Below, piece after piece: positions 1 to 15,600 of a stretch of DNA of 64,000 bases. Origin of the DNA: Eledone cirrhosa (lineage: Eukaryota). A program made the position numbers and the translations under genes. A model generated the notes under the pieces. That model saw nothing but the letters and a program-made list of their open reading frames with translations. It was not told the origin of the DNA and did not search any database. The stretch covers positions 992,001-1,056,000 of the forward strand of contig OZ024745.1 in assembly GCA_964016885.1 (NCBI GenBank), written 5' to 3'. Each line of letters opens with the position of its first letter. Within the stretch, counting starts at the first letter, position 1.

Positions 1-169
1 TGGTCTTATGACATACAGGGATACAGTGTACCTATTCTAAACTAGATATACATGGTCTTACAACATACAGGGATACAGTGTACCTATTCTAAACTAAATA
101 TATATGGTATTATGACATACAGTGATACAGTGTACCTATTCTAAACTAGATATACATGGTATTACAACA

Positions 170-2930
170 TACAGGGATACAGTGTCCCTATTCTAAACTA
201 GATATATATGGTATTACAACATACAGGGATACAGTGTACCTATTCTAAACGAGATATACATGGTATTACAGCATACAGGGATACAATGTATCTATTCTAA
301 ACTAGATATACATGGTATTATGACATACAGGGATACAGTGTACCTATTCTAAACTAGATATATATGGTATTACAACATACAGGGATACAGTGAACCTATT
401 CTAAACTAGATATACATGGTATTACAACATACAGGGATACAGTGTACCTATTCTAAACTAGATATATATGGTCTTACAACATACAGAGATACAATGTACC
501 TATTCTAAACTAGATATACATGGTATTACAACATACAGGGATACAGTGTACCTATTCTAATCTAGATATATATGGTATTACAACATACAGGGATACAGTG
601 TACCTATTCTAAACTAGATATATATGGTATTACAACATACAGGGATACAGTGTACCTATTCTAAACGAGATATACATGGTATTACAGCATACAGGGATAC
701 AATGTATCTATTCTAAACTAGATATACATGGTATTATGACATACAGGGATACAGTGTACCTATTCTAAACTAGATATATATGGTATTACAACATACAGGG
801 ATACAGTGTACCTATTCTAAACTAGATATACATGGTACTACAACATACAGGGATACAGTGTACCTATTCTAAACTAGATATATATGGTCTTACAACATAC
901 AGGGATACAGTGTACCTATTCTAAACTAGATATACATGGTATTACAACATACAGGGATACAGTGTACCTATTCTAAACTAGATATACATGGTCTTATGAC
1001 ATACAGGGATACAGTGTACCTATTCTAAACTAGATATACATGGTCTTACAACATACAGGGATACAGTGTACCTATTCTAAACTAAATATATATGGTATTA
1101 TGACATACAGGGATACAGTGTACCTATTCTAAACTAGATATATATGGTCTTACATCATACAGGGATACAGTGTACCTATTGTAAACTAGATATATATGGT
1201 ATTACAACATACAGGGATACAGTGTACCTATTCTAAACTAGATATACATGGTATTAACACATACAGAGATACAGTGTACCTATTCTAAACTAGATATACA
1301 TGGTATTACATCATACAGGGATACAGTGTACCTATTGTAAACTAGATATACATGGTATTACAACATACAGGGATACAGTGTACCTATTCTAAACTAGGTA
1401 TATATGGTATTACAAAATACAGGGATACAGTGTACCTATTCTAAACTAGGTATACATGGTATTAACACATACAGAGATACAGTGTACCTATTCTAAAATA
1501 GATATATATGGTCTTACATCATACAGGGATACAGTGTACCTATTCTAAACTAGATATACATGGTATTACATCATACAGGGATACAGTGTACCTATTCTAA
1601 ACTAGATATATATGGTATTACAACATACAGGGATAGTGTACCTATTCTAAGCTAGATATACATGGTATAATGACATACAGGAATACAGTGTACCTATTCT
1701 AAACTAGATATACATGGTGTTATGACATACAGGGATACAGTGTCCCTATTCTAAACTAGATATATATGGTATTACAACATACAGGGATACAGTGTACCTA
1801 TTCTAAACGAGATATACATGGTATTACAGCATACAGGGATACAATGTATCTATTCTAAACTAGATATACATGGTATTATGACATACAGGGATACAGTGTA
1901 CCTATTCTAAACTAGATATATATGGTATTACAACATACAGGGATACAGTGAACCTATTCTAAACTAGATATACATGGTATTACAACATACAGGGATACAG
2001 TGTACCTATTCTAAACTAGATATATATGGTCTTACAACATACAGAGATACAATGTACCTATTCTAAACTAGATATACATGGTATTACAACATACAGGGAT
2101 ACAGTGTACCTATTCTAATCTAGATATATATGGTATTACAACATACAGGGATACAGTGTACCTATTCTAAACTAGATATATATGGTATTACAACATACAG
2201 GGATACAGTGTACCTATTCTAAACGAGATATACATGGTATTACAGCATACAGGGATACAATGTATCTATTCTAAACTAGATATACATGGTATTATGACAT
2301 ACAGGGATACAGTGTACCTATTCTAAACTAGATATATATGGTATTACAACATACAGGGATACAGTGTACCTATTCTAAACTAGATATACATGGTATTACA
2401 ACATACAGGGATACAGTGTACCTATTCTAAACTAGATATATATGGTCTTACAACATACAGGGATACAGTGTACCTATTCTAAACTAGATATACATGGTAT
2501 TACAACATACAGGGATACAGTGTACCTATTCTAAACTAGATATACATGGTCTTATGACATACAGGGATACAGTGTACCTATTCTAAACTAGATATACATG
2601 GTCTTACAACATACAGGGATACAGTGTACCTATTCTAAACTAAATATATATGGTATTATGACATACAGGGATACAGTGTACCTATTCTAAACTAGATATA
2701 TATGGTCTTACATCATACAGGGATACAGTGTACCTATTGTAAACTAGATATATATGGTATTACAACATACAGGGATACAGTGTACCTATTCTAAACTAGA
2801 TATACATGGTATTAACACATACAGAGATACAGTGTACCTATTCTAAACTAGATATACATGGTATTACATCATACAGGGATACAGTGTACCTATTGTAACC
2901 TAGATATACATGGTATTACAACATACAGGG
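170..2930 (+). repeat. Block duplicated at +1,558 bp (30 monomers minus 2 bp), containing a nested 416-bp (8-monomer) duplication
   Basis: tgtccc (c 186/1744), aaacgagat (g 251/1809), tgaacc (391/1949), actaaata (1081/2639), gtattaacac (1251/2809). The cgagat-cagcat-caatgtatc module recurs at 251 and 667 (+416). Confidence 0.88.
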
Positions 2931-5900
2931 ATACAGTGTACCTATTCTAAACTAGATATATATGGTCTTACAACATACAGGGATACAGTGTACCTATTCT
3001 AAACTAGATATACATGGTATTACATCATACAGGGATACAGTGTACCTATTCTAAACTAGATATATATGGTATTACAACATACAGTGTACCTATTTAAAAC
3101 TAGATATATATGGTATTACAACATACAGGGATACAGTGTACCTATTCTAAACTAGATATACATGGTATTACAACATACAGGGATACAGTGTACCTATTCT
3201 AAACTAGGTATATATGGTATTACAAAATACAGGGATACAGTGTACCTATTCTAAACTAGATATATATGGTCTTACAACATACAGAGATACAGTGTACCTA
3301 TAATAAAATAGATATACATGGTATTATGACATACAGGGATACAGTGTACCTATTCTAAACTAGATATATATGGTATTACAACATACAGGGATACAGTGTA
3401 CCTATAATAAAATAGATATACATGGTATTATGACATACAGGGATACAGTGTACCTATTCTAATCTAGATATATATGGTATTACAACATACAGGGATACAG
3501 TGTACCTATTCTAAACTAGATATATATGGTATTACAACATACAGGGATACAGTTTACCTATTCTAAACTAGATATATATGGTATTACAACATACAGGGAT
3601 ACAGTGTACCTATTCTAAACTAGGTATATATGGTATTACAACATACAGGGATACAGTGTAACTATTCTAAACTAGATATACATGGTATTACAACATACAG
3701 GGATACAGTGTACCTATTTTAAACTAGATATACATGGTAGTATGACATACAGGGATACAGCGTACCTATTCTAAACTAGATATACATGGTCTTACAACAT
3801 ACAGGGATACAGTGTACCTATTCTGAACTAGATATATATGGTATTATGACATACAGGGATACAGTGTACCTATTCTAAACTAGATATACATGGTCTTATG
3901 ACATACAGGGATACAGTGTACCTATTCTAAGCTAGATATACATGGTATTACAACATACAAGGATACAGTGTACCTATTCTAAACTAGATATATATGGTAT
4001 TACAACATACAGAGATACAGTGTACCTATAATAAAATAGATATACATGGTATTATGACATACAGGGATACAGTGTACCTATTCTAAATTTGATATACATG
4101 GTATTACAACATACAGAGATACAGTGTACCTATTCTAAACTAGATATACATGGTATTACAACATACAGGGATACAGTGTACCTATTCTAAGCTAGATATA
4201 TATGGTCTTACATCATACAGGGATATAGTGTACCTATTGTAAACTAGATATATATGGTATTACAACATACAGGGATACAGTGTACCTATTGTAAACTAGA
4301 TATATATGGTATTACAACATACAGGGATACAGTGTACCTATTCTAAACTAGATATACATGGTATTACAACATACAGGGATACAGTGTACCTATTATAAGC
4401 TAGATATATATGGTCTTACATCATACAGGGATACAGTGTACCTATTGTAAACTAGATATATATGGTATTACAACATACAGGGATACAGTGTACCTATTCT
4501 AAACTAGATATACATGGTATTAACACATACAGAGATACAGTGTACCTATTCTAAACTAGATATAGATGGTATTACATCATACAGGGATACAGTGTACCTA
4601 TTGTAAACTAGATATATATGGTATTACAACATACAGTGTACCTATTCTAAACTAGATATATATGGTATTACAACATACAGGGATACAGTGTACCTATTCG
4701 AAACTAGATATACATGGTATTACAACATACAGGGATACAGTGTACCTATTCTAAACTAGATATATATGGTATTACAACATACAGGGATACAGTGTACCTA
4801 TTCTAAACTAGATATACATGGTATTACATCATACAGAGATACAGTGTACCTATTCTAAACTAGATATATATGGTATTACAACATACAGGGATACAGTGTA
4901 CCTATTCTAAGCAAGATATACATGGTATTATGACATACAGGGATACAGTGTACCTATTCTAAGCTAGATATATATGGTTTTACATCATACAGGGATACAG
5001 TGTAACTATTGTAAACTAGATATATATGGTATTACAACATACAGGGATACAGTGTACCTATTGTAAACTAGATATATATGGTATTACAACATACAGGGAT
5101 ACAGTGTACCTATTCTAAACTAGATATACATGGTATTACAACATACAGGGATACAGTGTACCTATTCTAAACTAGATATATATGGTATTACAACATACAG
5201 GGATACAGTGTACCTATTCTAAACTAGATATACATGGTATTACAACATACAGGGATACAGTGTACCTATTCTAAACTAGATATATATGGTATTACAACAT
5301 ACAGGGATACAGTGTACCTATTCTAAACTAGATATACATGGTATTACAACATACAGAGATACAGTGTACCTATTCTAAACTAGATATATATGGTCTTATG
5401 ACATACAGGGATACAGTGTACCTATTCTAAACTAGATATATATGGTCTTACAACATACAGAGATACAGTGTACCTATTCTAAACTAGATATATATGGTAT
5501 TACAACATACAGAGATACAGTGTACCTATTCTAAAATAGATATACATGGTATTACAACATACAGGGATACAGTGTACCTATTCTAAACTAGATATATATG
5601 GTCTTACAACATACACGAGACAGTGTACCTATTCTAAACTAGATATACATGGTATTACAACATTCAGGGATACAGTGTACCTATTCTAAACTAGATATAT
5701 ATGGTATTACAACATACAGAGATACAGTGTACCTATTCTAAACTAGATATATATGGTCTTACAACATACAGAGATACAATGTACCTATTCTAAACTAGAT
5801 ATACATGGTATTACAACATACAGGGATACAGTGTACCTATTCTGATCTAGATATATATGGTATTATAACATACAGGGATACAGTATACCTATTCTAAACT

Positions 5901-8900
5901 AGATATATATGGTATTACAACATACAGGGATACAGTGTACCTATTCTAAACTAGATATATATGGTATTACAACATACAGGGATACAGTGTACCTATTCTA
6001 AACTAGGTATATATGGTATTACAACAAACAGGGATACAGTGTACCTATTCTAAACTAGAAATACATGGTATTACAACATACAGGGATACAGCGTACCTAT
6101 TTTAAACTAGATATACATGGTAGTATGACATACAGGATTACAGTGTACCTATTCTAAACTAGATATACATGGTATTACAACATACAGGGATACAGTGTAC
6201 CTATTCTAAACTAGATATACATGGTATTATGACATACAGGGATACAGCGTACCTATTCTAAACTAGATATACATGGTCTTACAACATACAGGGATACAGT
6301 GTACCTATTCTAAACTATATATACATGGTATTATGACATACAACGATACAGTGTACCTAATCTAAACTAGATATACATGGTCTTATGACATACAGGGATA
6401 CAGTGTACCTATTCTAAACTAGATATACATGGTCTTACAACATACAGGGATACAGTGTACCTATTCTAAACTAGATATACATGGTCTTACAACATACAGG
6501 GATACAGTGTACCTATTCTAAACTAGATATATATGGTATTATGACATACAGGGATACAGTGTACCTATTCTAAACTAGATATACATGGTATTACAACATA
6601 CAGGGATACAGTGTACCTATTCTAAACTAGATATATATGGTCTTACAACATACAGAGATACAATGTACCTATTCTAAACTAGATATACATGGTATTACAA
6701 CATACAGGGATACAGTGTACCTATTCTAAACTAGATATATATGGTATTACAACATACAGGGATACAGTGTACCTATTCTAAACTAGATATACATGGTCTT
6801 ACAACATACAGGGATACAGTGTACCTATTCTAAACTAGATATATATGGTCTTACAACATACAGGGATGCTGTGTACCTATTCTAAACTAGATATACATAG
6901 TATTATGACATACAGGGATACAGTGTCCCTATTCTAAAATAGATATATATGGTATTACAACATACAGGGGTACAGTGTACCTATTCTAAACGAGATATAC
7001 ATGGTATTATGACATACAGGGATACAGTGTCCCTATTCTAAAATAGATATATATGGTATTACAACATACAGGGGTACAGTGTACCTATTCTAAACGAGAT
7101 ATACATGGTATTACAGCATACAGGGATACAGTGTATCTATTCTAAACTAGATATACATGGTATTATGACATACAGGGATACAGTGTACCTATTCTAAACT
7201 AGATATATATGGTATTACAACATACAGGGATACAGTGTACCTATTCTAAACTAGATATACATGGTATTACAACATACAGGGATACAGTGTACCTATTCTA
7301 AACTAGATATATATGGTCTTACAACATACAGAGATACAATGTACCTATTCTAAACTAGATATACATGGTATTACAACATACAGGGATACAGTGTACCTAT
7401 TCTAATCTAGATATATATGGTATTACAACATACAGGGATACAGTGTACCTATTCTAAACTAGATATATATGGTATTACAACATACAGGGATACAGTGTAC
7501 CTATTCTAAACTAGATATATATGGTATTACAACATACAGGAATACAGTGTACCTATTCTAAACTAGATATATATGGTCTTACAACATACGGGGATACAGT
7601 GTACCTATTCTAAACTTGATATACATGGTATTATAACATACAGAGATACAGTGTACCTATTCTAAACTAGATATATATGGTCTTACACCATACCAGGATA
7701 CAGTGTACCTATTCTAAACCATATATATATGGTATTACAACACACAGGGATACAGTATATCTATTCTAAACTAGATATACATAGTATTACAACACAGGGA
7801 TACAGTATACCTATTTTAAACTAGATATACATAGTATTACAACATACAGAGATACAGTGTACCTATTCTAAACTAGATGGTACTACAACATACAGGGATA
7901 CAGTGTGCCTATTCTAAACTAGATATATATGGTTTTACTACATACAGGGATACAGTGTACCTATTCTAAACTAGATATACATGGTATTACAACATACAGG
8001 GATAGAGTGTAGCTATTCTCAACTAGATATATATGGTATTACAACATACAGGGATACAGTGTACCTATTCTAAACTAGATATATATGGTATTACAACATA
8101 CAGGGATACAGTGTACCTATTCTAAACTAGATATACATGGTATTATGACATACAGGGATACAGTGTACCTATTCTAAACTAGATATACATAGTATTACAA
8201 CATACATCAGAGATACAGTGTACCTATTCTAAACTAGATATACATGGTATTACAACATACAGAGATACAGTGTACCTATTATAAACTAGATATATATGGT
8301 ATTACAACATAGAGATACAGTATACCTATTCTAAACTAGATATATATGGTCTTACAACATACAGGGATACAGTGTACCTATTCTAAACTAGATATACATG
8401 GTATTACAACATACAGGGATAGAGTGTACCTATTCTAAACTAGATATATATGGTATTACAACATACAGGGATACAGTGTACCTATTCTAAACTAGATATA
8501 TGTGGTATTACAACATACAGGGATACAGTGTACCTATTCTAAACTAGATATACATAGTATTACAACATACAGAGATACAGTGTACCTATTCTAAACTAGA
8601 TATATATGGCATTACAACATAGAGGGATACAGTGTACCTATTCCAAACTAGATATACATGGTATTACAACATACAGGGATACAGTGTACCTATTCTAAAC
8701 TAGATATATATGGTATTACAACATACAGGGATACAGTGTACATATTCTAAACTTGATATATATGGTCTTATGACATAGAGGGGTACAGTGTACCTATTCT
8801 AAACTAGATATATATTGTCTTACAACATACAGGGATACAGTGTACCTATTCTAAACTAGATATACATGGTATTACAACATACAGGGATACAGTGTATCTA

Positions 8901-9699
8901 TTCTAAACTAGATATATATGGTATTACAACATACAGAGATACAGTGTACCTATTCTAAACTAGATATATATGGCATTACAACATACAGGGATACAGTGTA
9001 CCTATTCTAAACTAGATATACATGGTATTACAACATACAGGGATACAGTGTACATATTGTAAACTAGATATATATGGTATTACAACATACAGGGATACAG
9101 TGTACCTATTCTAAACTACATATATATGGTATTACAATATACAGGGATAAAGTGTACCTATTCTAAACTAGATATACATGGTCTTACAACATACAGGGAT
9201 ACAGTGTACTATTCTAAACCAGATATATATGGTATTACAACACACAGGGATACAGTATACCTATTCTAAACTAGATATACATAGTATTACAACACACAGG
9301 GATACAGTATACCTATTCTAAACTAGATATACATAGTATTACAACATACAGAGATACAGTGTACCTATTCTAAACTAGATATACATGGTATTACAACATA
9401 CAGGGATACAGTGTACCTATTCTAAACTAGATATATATGGTATTACAACATACAGGGATACAGTGTACCTATTCTAAACTAGATATACATGGTATTACAA
9501 CATACAGGGATAGAGTGTAGCTATTCTCAACTAGATATATATGGTATTACAACATACAGGGATACAGTGTACCTATTCTAAACTAGATATACATGGTATT
9601 ATGACATACAGGGATACAGTGTACCTATTCTAAACTAGATATACATAGTATTACAACATACAGAGATACAGTGTACCTATTCTAAACTAGATATACATG

Positions 9700-12600
9700 G
9701 TATTACAACATACAGAGATACAGTGTACCTATTATAAACTAGATATACATAGTATTAAAACATACAGAGATACAGTGTACCGATTCTAAACTAGATATAC
9801 ATAGTATTACAACATACAGAGATACAGTGTACCTATTCTAAACTAGATATACATGGTATTACAACATACAGAGATACAGTGTACCTATTATAAACTAGAT
9901 ATACATAGTATTAAAACATACAGAGATACAGTGTACCTATTCTAAACTAGATATACATGGTATTACAACATACAGGGATACAGTGTACCTATTCTAAACT
10001 AGATATATATGGTATTACAACATACAGGGATACAGTGTACCTATTCTAAACTAGATATACATGGTATTACAACATACAGGGATAGAGTGTAGCTATTCTC
10101 AACTAGATATATATGGTATTACAACATACAGGGATACAGTGTACCTATTCTAAACTAGATATACATGGTATTATGACATACAGGGATACAGTGTACCTAT
10201 TCTAAACTAGATATACATAGTATTACAACATACAGAGATACAGTGTACCTATTCTAAACTAGATATACATGGTATTACAACATACAGAGATACAGTGTAC
10301 CTATTATAAACTAGATATACATAGTATTAAAACATACAGAGATACAGTGTACCTATTCTAAACTAGATATACATAGTATTACAACATACAGAGATACAGT
10401 GTACCTATTCTAAACTAGATATACATGGTATTACAACATACAGAGATACAGTGTACCTATTATAAACTAGATATACATAGTATTAAAACATACAGAGATA
10501 CAGTGTACCTATTCTAAACTAGATATACATGGTATTACAACATACAGGGATACAGTGTACCTATTCTAAACTAGATATATATGGTATTACAACATACAGG
10601 GATACAGTGTACCTATTCTAAACTAGATATACATGGTATAATGACATACAGGGATACAGTGTACCTATTCTAAACTAGATATACATGGTCTTACAACATA
10701 CAGAGATACAGTGTACCTATTCTAAACTAGATGTACATGGTATTACAACATACAGGGATACAGTGTACCTATTCTAAACTTGATATACATGGTCTTACAG
10801 TGTACCTATTCTAAACTAGATATACATGGTCTTACAACATACAGGGATACAATGTACCTATTCTAAACTTGATATACATGGTCTTACAACATACAGGGAT
10901 ACAGTGTACCTATTCTAAACTAGATATACATGGTCTTACAACATACAGAGATACAGTGTACCTATTCTAAACTAGATGTACATGGTATTACAACATACAG
11001 AGATACAGTGTACCTATTCTAAACTAGATGTATATGGTCTTACAACATACAGGGATACAGTGTACCTATTCTAAACTAGATATATATGGTATTACAACAT
11101 ACAGGGATACAGTGTACCTATTCTAAACTAGATATATATGGTATTACAACATACAGGGATACAGTGTACCTATTCTAAACTAGATATACATGGTATTACA
11201 ACATACAGGGATACAATGTACCTATTCTAAACTAGATATATATGGTATTACAACATACAGGGATACAGTGTACCTATTCTAAACTAGATATACATGGTAT
11301 TACAACATACAGAGATACAGAGTACCTATTCTAAACTAGATATATATGGTATTACAACATACAGGGATGCAGTGTACCTATTCTAAACTAGATATATATG
11401 GTATTACAACATACAGGGATACAGTGTATCTATTTTAAACTAGATATACATGGTATTACAAAATACAGGGATACAGTGTACCTATTCTAAACTAGATATA
11501 TATGGTATTATGACATACAGGGATACAGTGTACCTATTCTAAACTAGATATACATTGTATTACAACATACAGGGATACAGTGTACCTATTCTAAACTAGA
11601 TATACATGGTATTATGACATACAGGGATACAGTGTACCTATTCTAAACTAGATATATATGGTCTTACAACATACAGGAGACAGTGTACCTATTCTAAACT
11701 AGATATACATGGTATTACAACATACAGGGATACAGTGTACCTATTCTAAACTAGATATATATGGTATTACAACATACAGAGATACAGTGTACCTATTCTA
11801 AACTAGATATATATGGTCTTACAACATACAGAGATACAATGTACCTATTCTAAACTAGATATACATGGTATTACAACATACAGGTATACAGTGTACCTAT
11901 TCTAAACTAGATATATATGGTATTACAACATACAGGGATACAGTGTACCTATTCTAAACTAGGTATATATGGTATTACAACATACTGGGATACAGTGTAC
12001 CTATTCTAAACTAGATATACATGGTATTACAACATACAGGGATACAGTGTACCTATTCTAAACTAGATATACATGGTATTATGACATACAGGGATACAGT
12101 GTACCTATTCTAAACTAGATATACATGGTATTACAACATACAGGGATACAGTGTACCTATTCTAAACTAGATATATATGGTCTTACAACATACAGAAATA
12201 CAGTGTACCTATTCTAAACTAGATATACATGGTATTATGACATACAGGGATACAGTGTACCTATTCTAAATTTGATATACATGGTATTACAACATACAGA
12301 GATACATTGTACCTATTCTAAACTAGATATATATGGTCTTACAACATACAGAGATACAGTGTACCTATTCTAAACTAGATATACATGGTCTTACAACATA
12401 CAGGGATACAGTGTACCTATTCTAAACTAGATATATATGGTCTTATGACATACAGGGATACAGTGTACCTATTCTAAACTAGATATATATGTTCTTACAA
12501 CATACAGGGATGCAGTGTACCTATTCTAAACTAGATATACATGGTATTACATCATACAGGGATACAGTGTACCTATTCTAAACTAGATATATATGGTATT

Positions 12601-15600
12601 ACAACATACAGGAATACAGTGTACCTATTCTAAACTTGATATACATGGTATTATAACATACAGAGATACAGTGTACCTATTCTAAACTAGATATATATGG
12701 TCTTACACCATACCGGGATACAGTGTACCTATTCTAAACCATATATATATGGTATTACAACACACAGGGATACAGTATATCTATTCTAAACTAGATATAC
12801 ATAGTATTACAACACAGGGATACAGTATACCTATTTTAAACTAGATATACATAGTATTACAACATACAGAGATACAGTGTACCTATTCTAAACTAGATAT
12901 ACATGGTACTACAACATACAGGGATACAGTGTGCCTATTCTAAACTAGATATATATGGTATTACTACATACAGGGATACAGTGTACCTATTCTAAACTAG
13001 ATATACATGGTATTACAACATACAGGGATAGAGTGTAGCTATTCTCAACTAGATATATATGGTATTACAACATACAGGGATACAGTGTACCTATTCTAAA
13101 CTAGATATATATGGTATTACAACATACAGGGATACAGTGTACCTATTCTAAACTAGATATACATGGTATTATGACATACAGGGATACAGTGTACCTATTC
13201 TAAACTAGATATACATAGTATTACAACATACATCAGAGATACAGTGTACCTATTCTAAACTAGATATATATGGTCTTACAACATACAGGGATACAGTGTA
13301 CCTATTCTAAACTAGATGTACATGGTATTACAACATACAGAGATACAGTATACCTATTCTAAACTAGATATACATGGTATTACAACATACAAGGATAGAG
13401 TGTACCTATTCTAAACTAGATATATATGGTATTACAACGTACAGGGATACAGTGTACCTATTCTAAACTAGATATACATGGTATTACAACATACAGAGAT
13501 ACAGTGTACCTATTATAAACTAGATATATATGGTATGACAACATAGAGATACAGTGTACCTATTCTAAACTAGATATATATGGTCTTACAACATACAGGG
13601 ATACAGTGTACCTATTCTAAACTAGATATACATGGTATTACAACATACAGGGATAGAGTGTACCTATTCTAAACTAGATATATATGGTATTACAACATAC
13701 AGGGATACAGTGTACCTATTCTAAACTAGATATATGTGGTATTACAACATACAGGGATACAGTGTACCTATTCTAAACTAGATATACATAGTATTTCAAC
13801 ATACAGAGATACAGTGTACCTATTATAAACTAGATATACATAGTATTAAAACATACAGAGATACAGTGTACCTATTCTAAACTAGATATACATAGTATTA
13901 CAACATACAGAGATACAGTGTACCTATTCTAAACTAGATATACATGGTATTACAACATACAGAGATACAGTGTACCTATTATAAACTAGATATACATAGT
14001 ATTAAAACATACAGAGATACAGTGTACCTATTCTAAACTAGATATACATGGTATTACAACATACAGGGATACAGTGTACCTAGTCTAAACTAGATATATA
14101 TGGTATTACAACATACAGGGATACAGTGTACCTATTCTAAACTAGATATACATGGTATTACAACATACAGGGATAGAGTGTAGCTATTCTCAACTAGATA
14201 TATATGGTATTACAACATACAGGGATACAGTGTACCTATTCTAAACTAGATATACATGGTATTATGACATACAGGGATACAGTGTACCTATTCTAAACTA
14301 GATATACATAGTATTACAACATACAGAGATACAGTGTACCTATTCTAAACTAGATATACATGCTATTACAACATACAGAGATACAGTGTACCTATTATAA
14401 ACTAGATATACATAGTATTAAAACATACAGAGATACAGTGTACCTATTCTAAACTAGATATACATAGTATTACAACATACAGAGATACAGTGTACCTATT
14501 CTAAACTAGATATACATGGTATTACAACATACAGAGATACAGTGTACCTATTATAAACTAGATATACATAGTATTAAAACATACAGAGATACAGTGTACC
14601 TATTCTAAACTAGATATACATGGTATTACAACATACAGGGATACAGTGTACCTATTCTAAACTAGATATATATGGTATTACAACATACAGGGATACAGTG
14701 TACCTATTCTAAACTAGATATACATGGTATAATGACATACAGGGATACAGTGCACCTATTCTAAACTAGATATACATGGTCTTACAACATACAGAGATAC
14801 AGTGTACCTATTCTAAACTAGATGTACATGGTATTACAACATACAGGGATACAGTGTACCTATTCTAAACTTGATATACATGGTCTTACAGTGTACCTAT
14901 TCTAAACTAGATATACATGGTCTTACAACATACAGGGATACAATGTACCTATTCTAAACTTGATATACATGGTCTTACAACATACAGGGATACAGTGTAC
15001 CTATTCTAAACTAGATATACATGGTCTTACAACATACAGAGATACAGTGTACCTATTCTAAACTAGATGTACATGGTATTACAACATACAGAGATACAGT
15101 GTACCTATTCTAAACTAGATGTATATGGTCTTACAACATACAGGGATACAGTGTACCTATTCTAAACTAGATATATATGGTATTACAACATACAGGGATA
15201 CAGTGTACCTATTCTAAACTAGATATATATGGTATTACAACATACAGGGATACAGTGTACCTATTCTAAACTAGATATACATGGTATTACAACATACAGG
15301 GATACAATGTACCTATTCTAAACTAGATATATATGGTATTACAACATACAGGGATACAGTGTACCTATTCTAAACTAGATATACATGGTATTACAACATA
15401 CAGAGATACAGAGTACCTATTCTAAACTAGATATATATGGTATTACAACATACAGGGATGCAGTGTACCTATTCTAAACTAGATATATATGGTATTACAA
15501 CATACAGGGATACAGTGTATCTATTTTAAACTAGATATACATGGTATTACAAAATACAGGGATACAGTGTACCTATTCTAAACTAGATATATATGGTATT

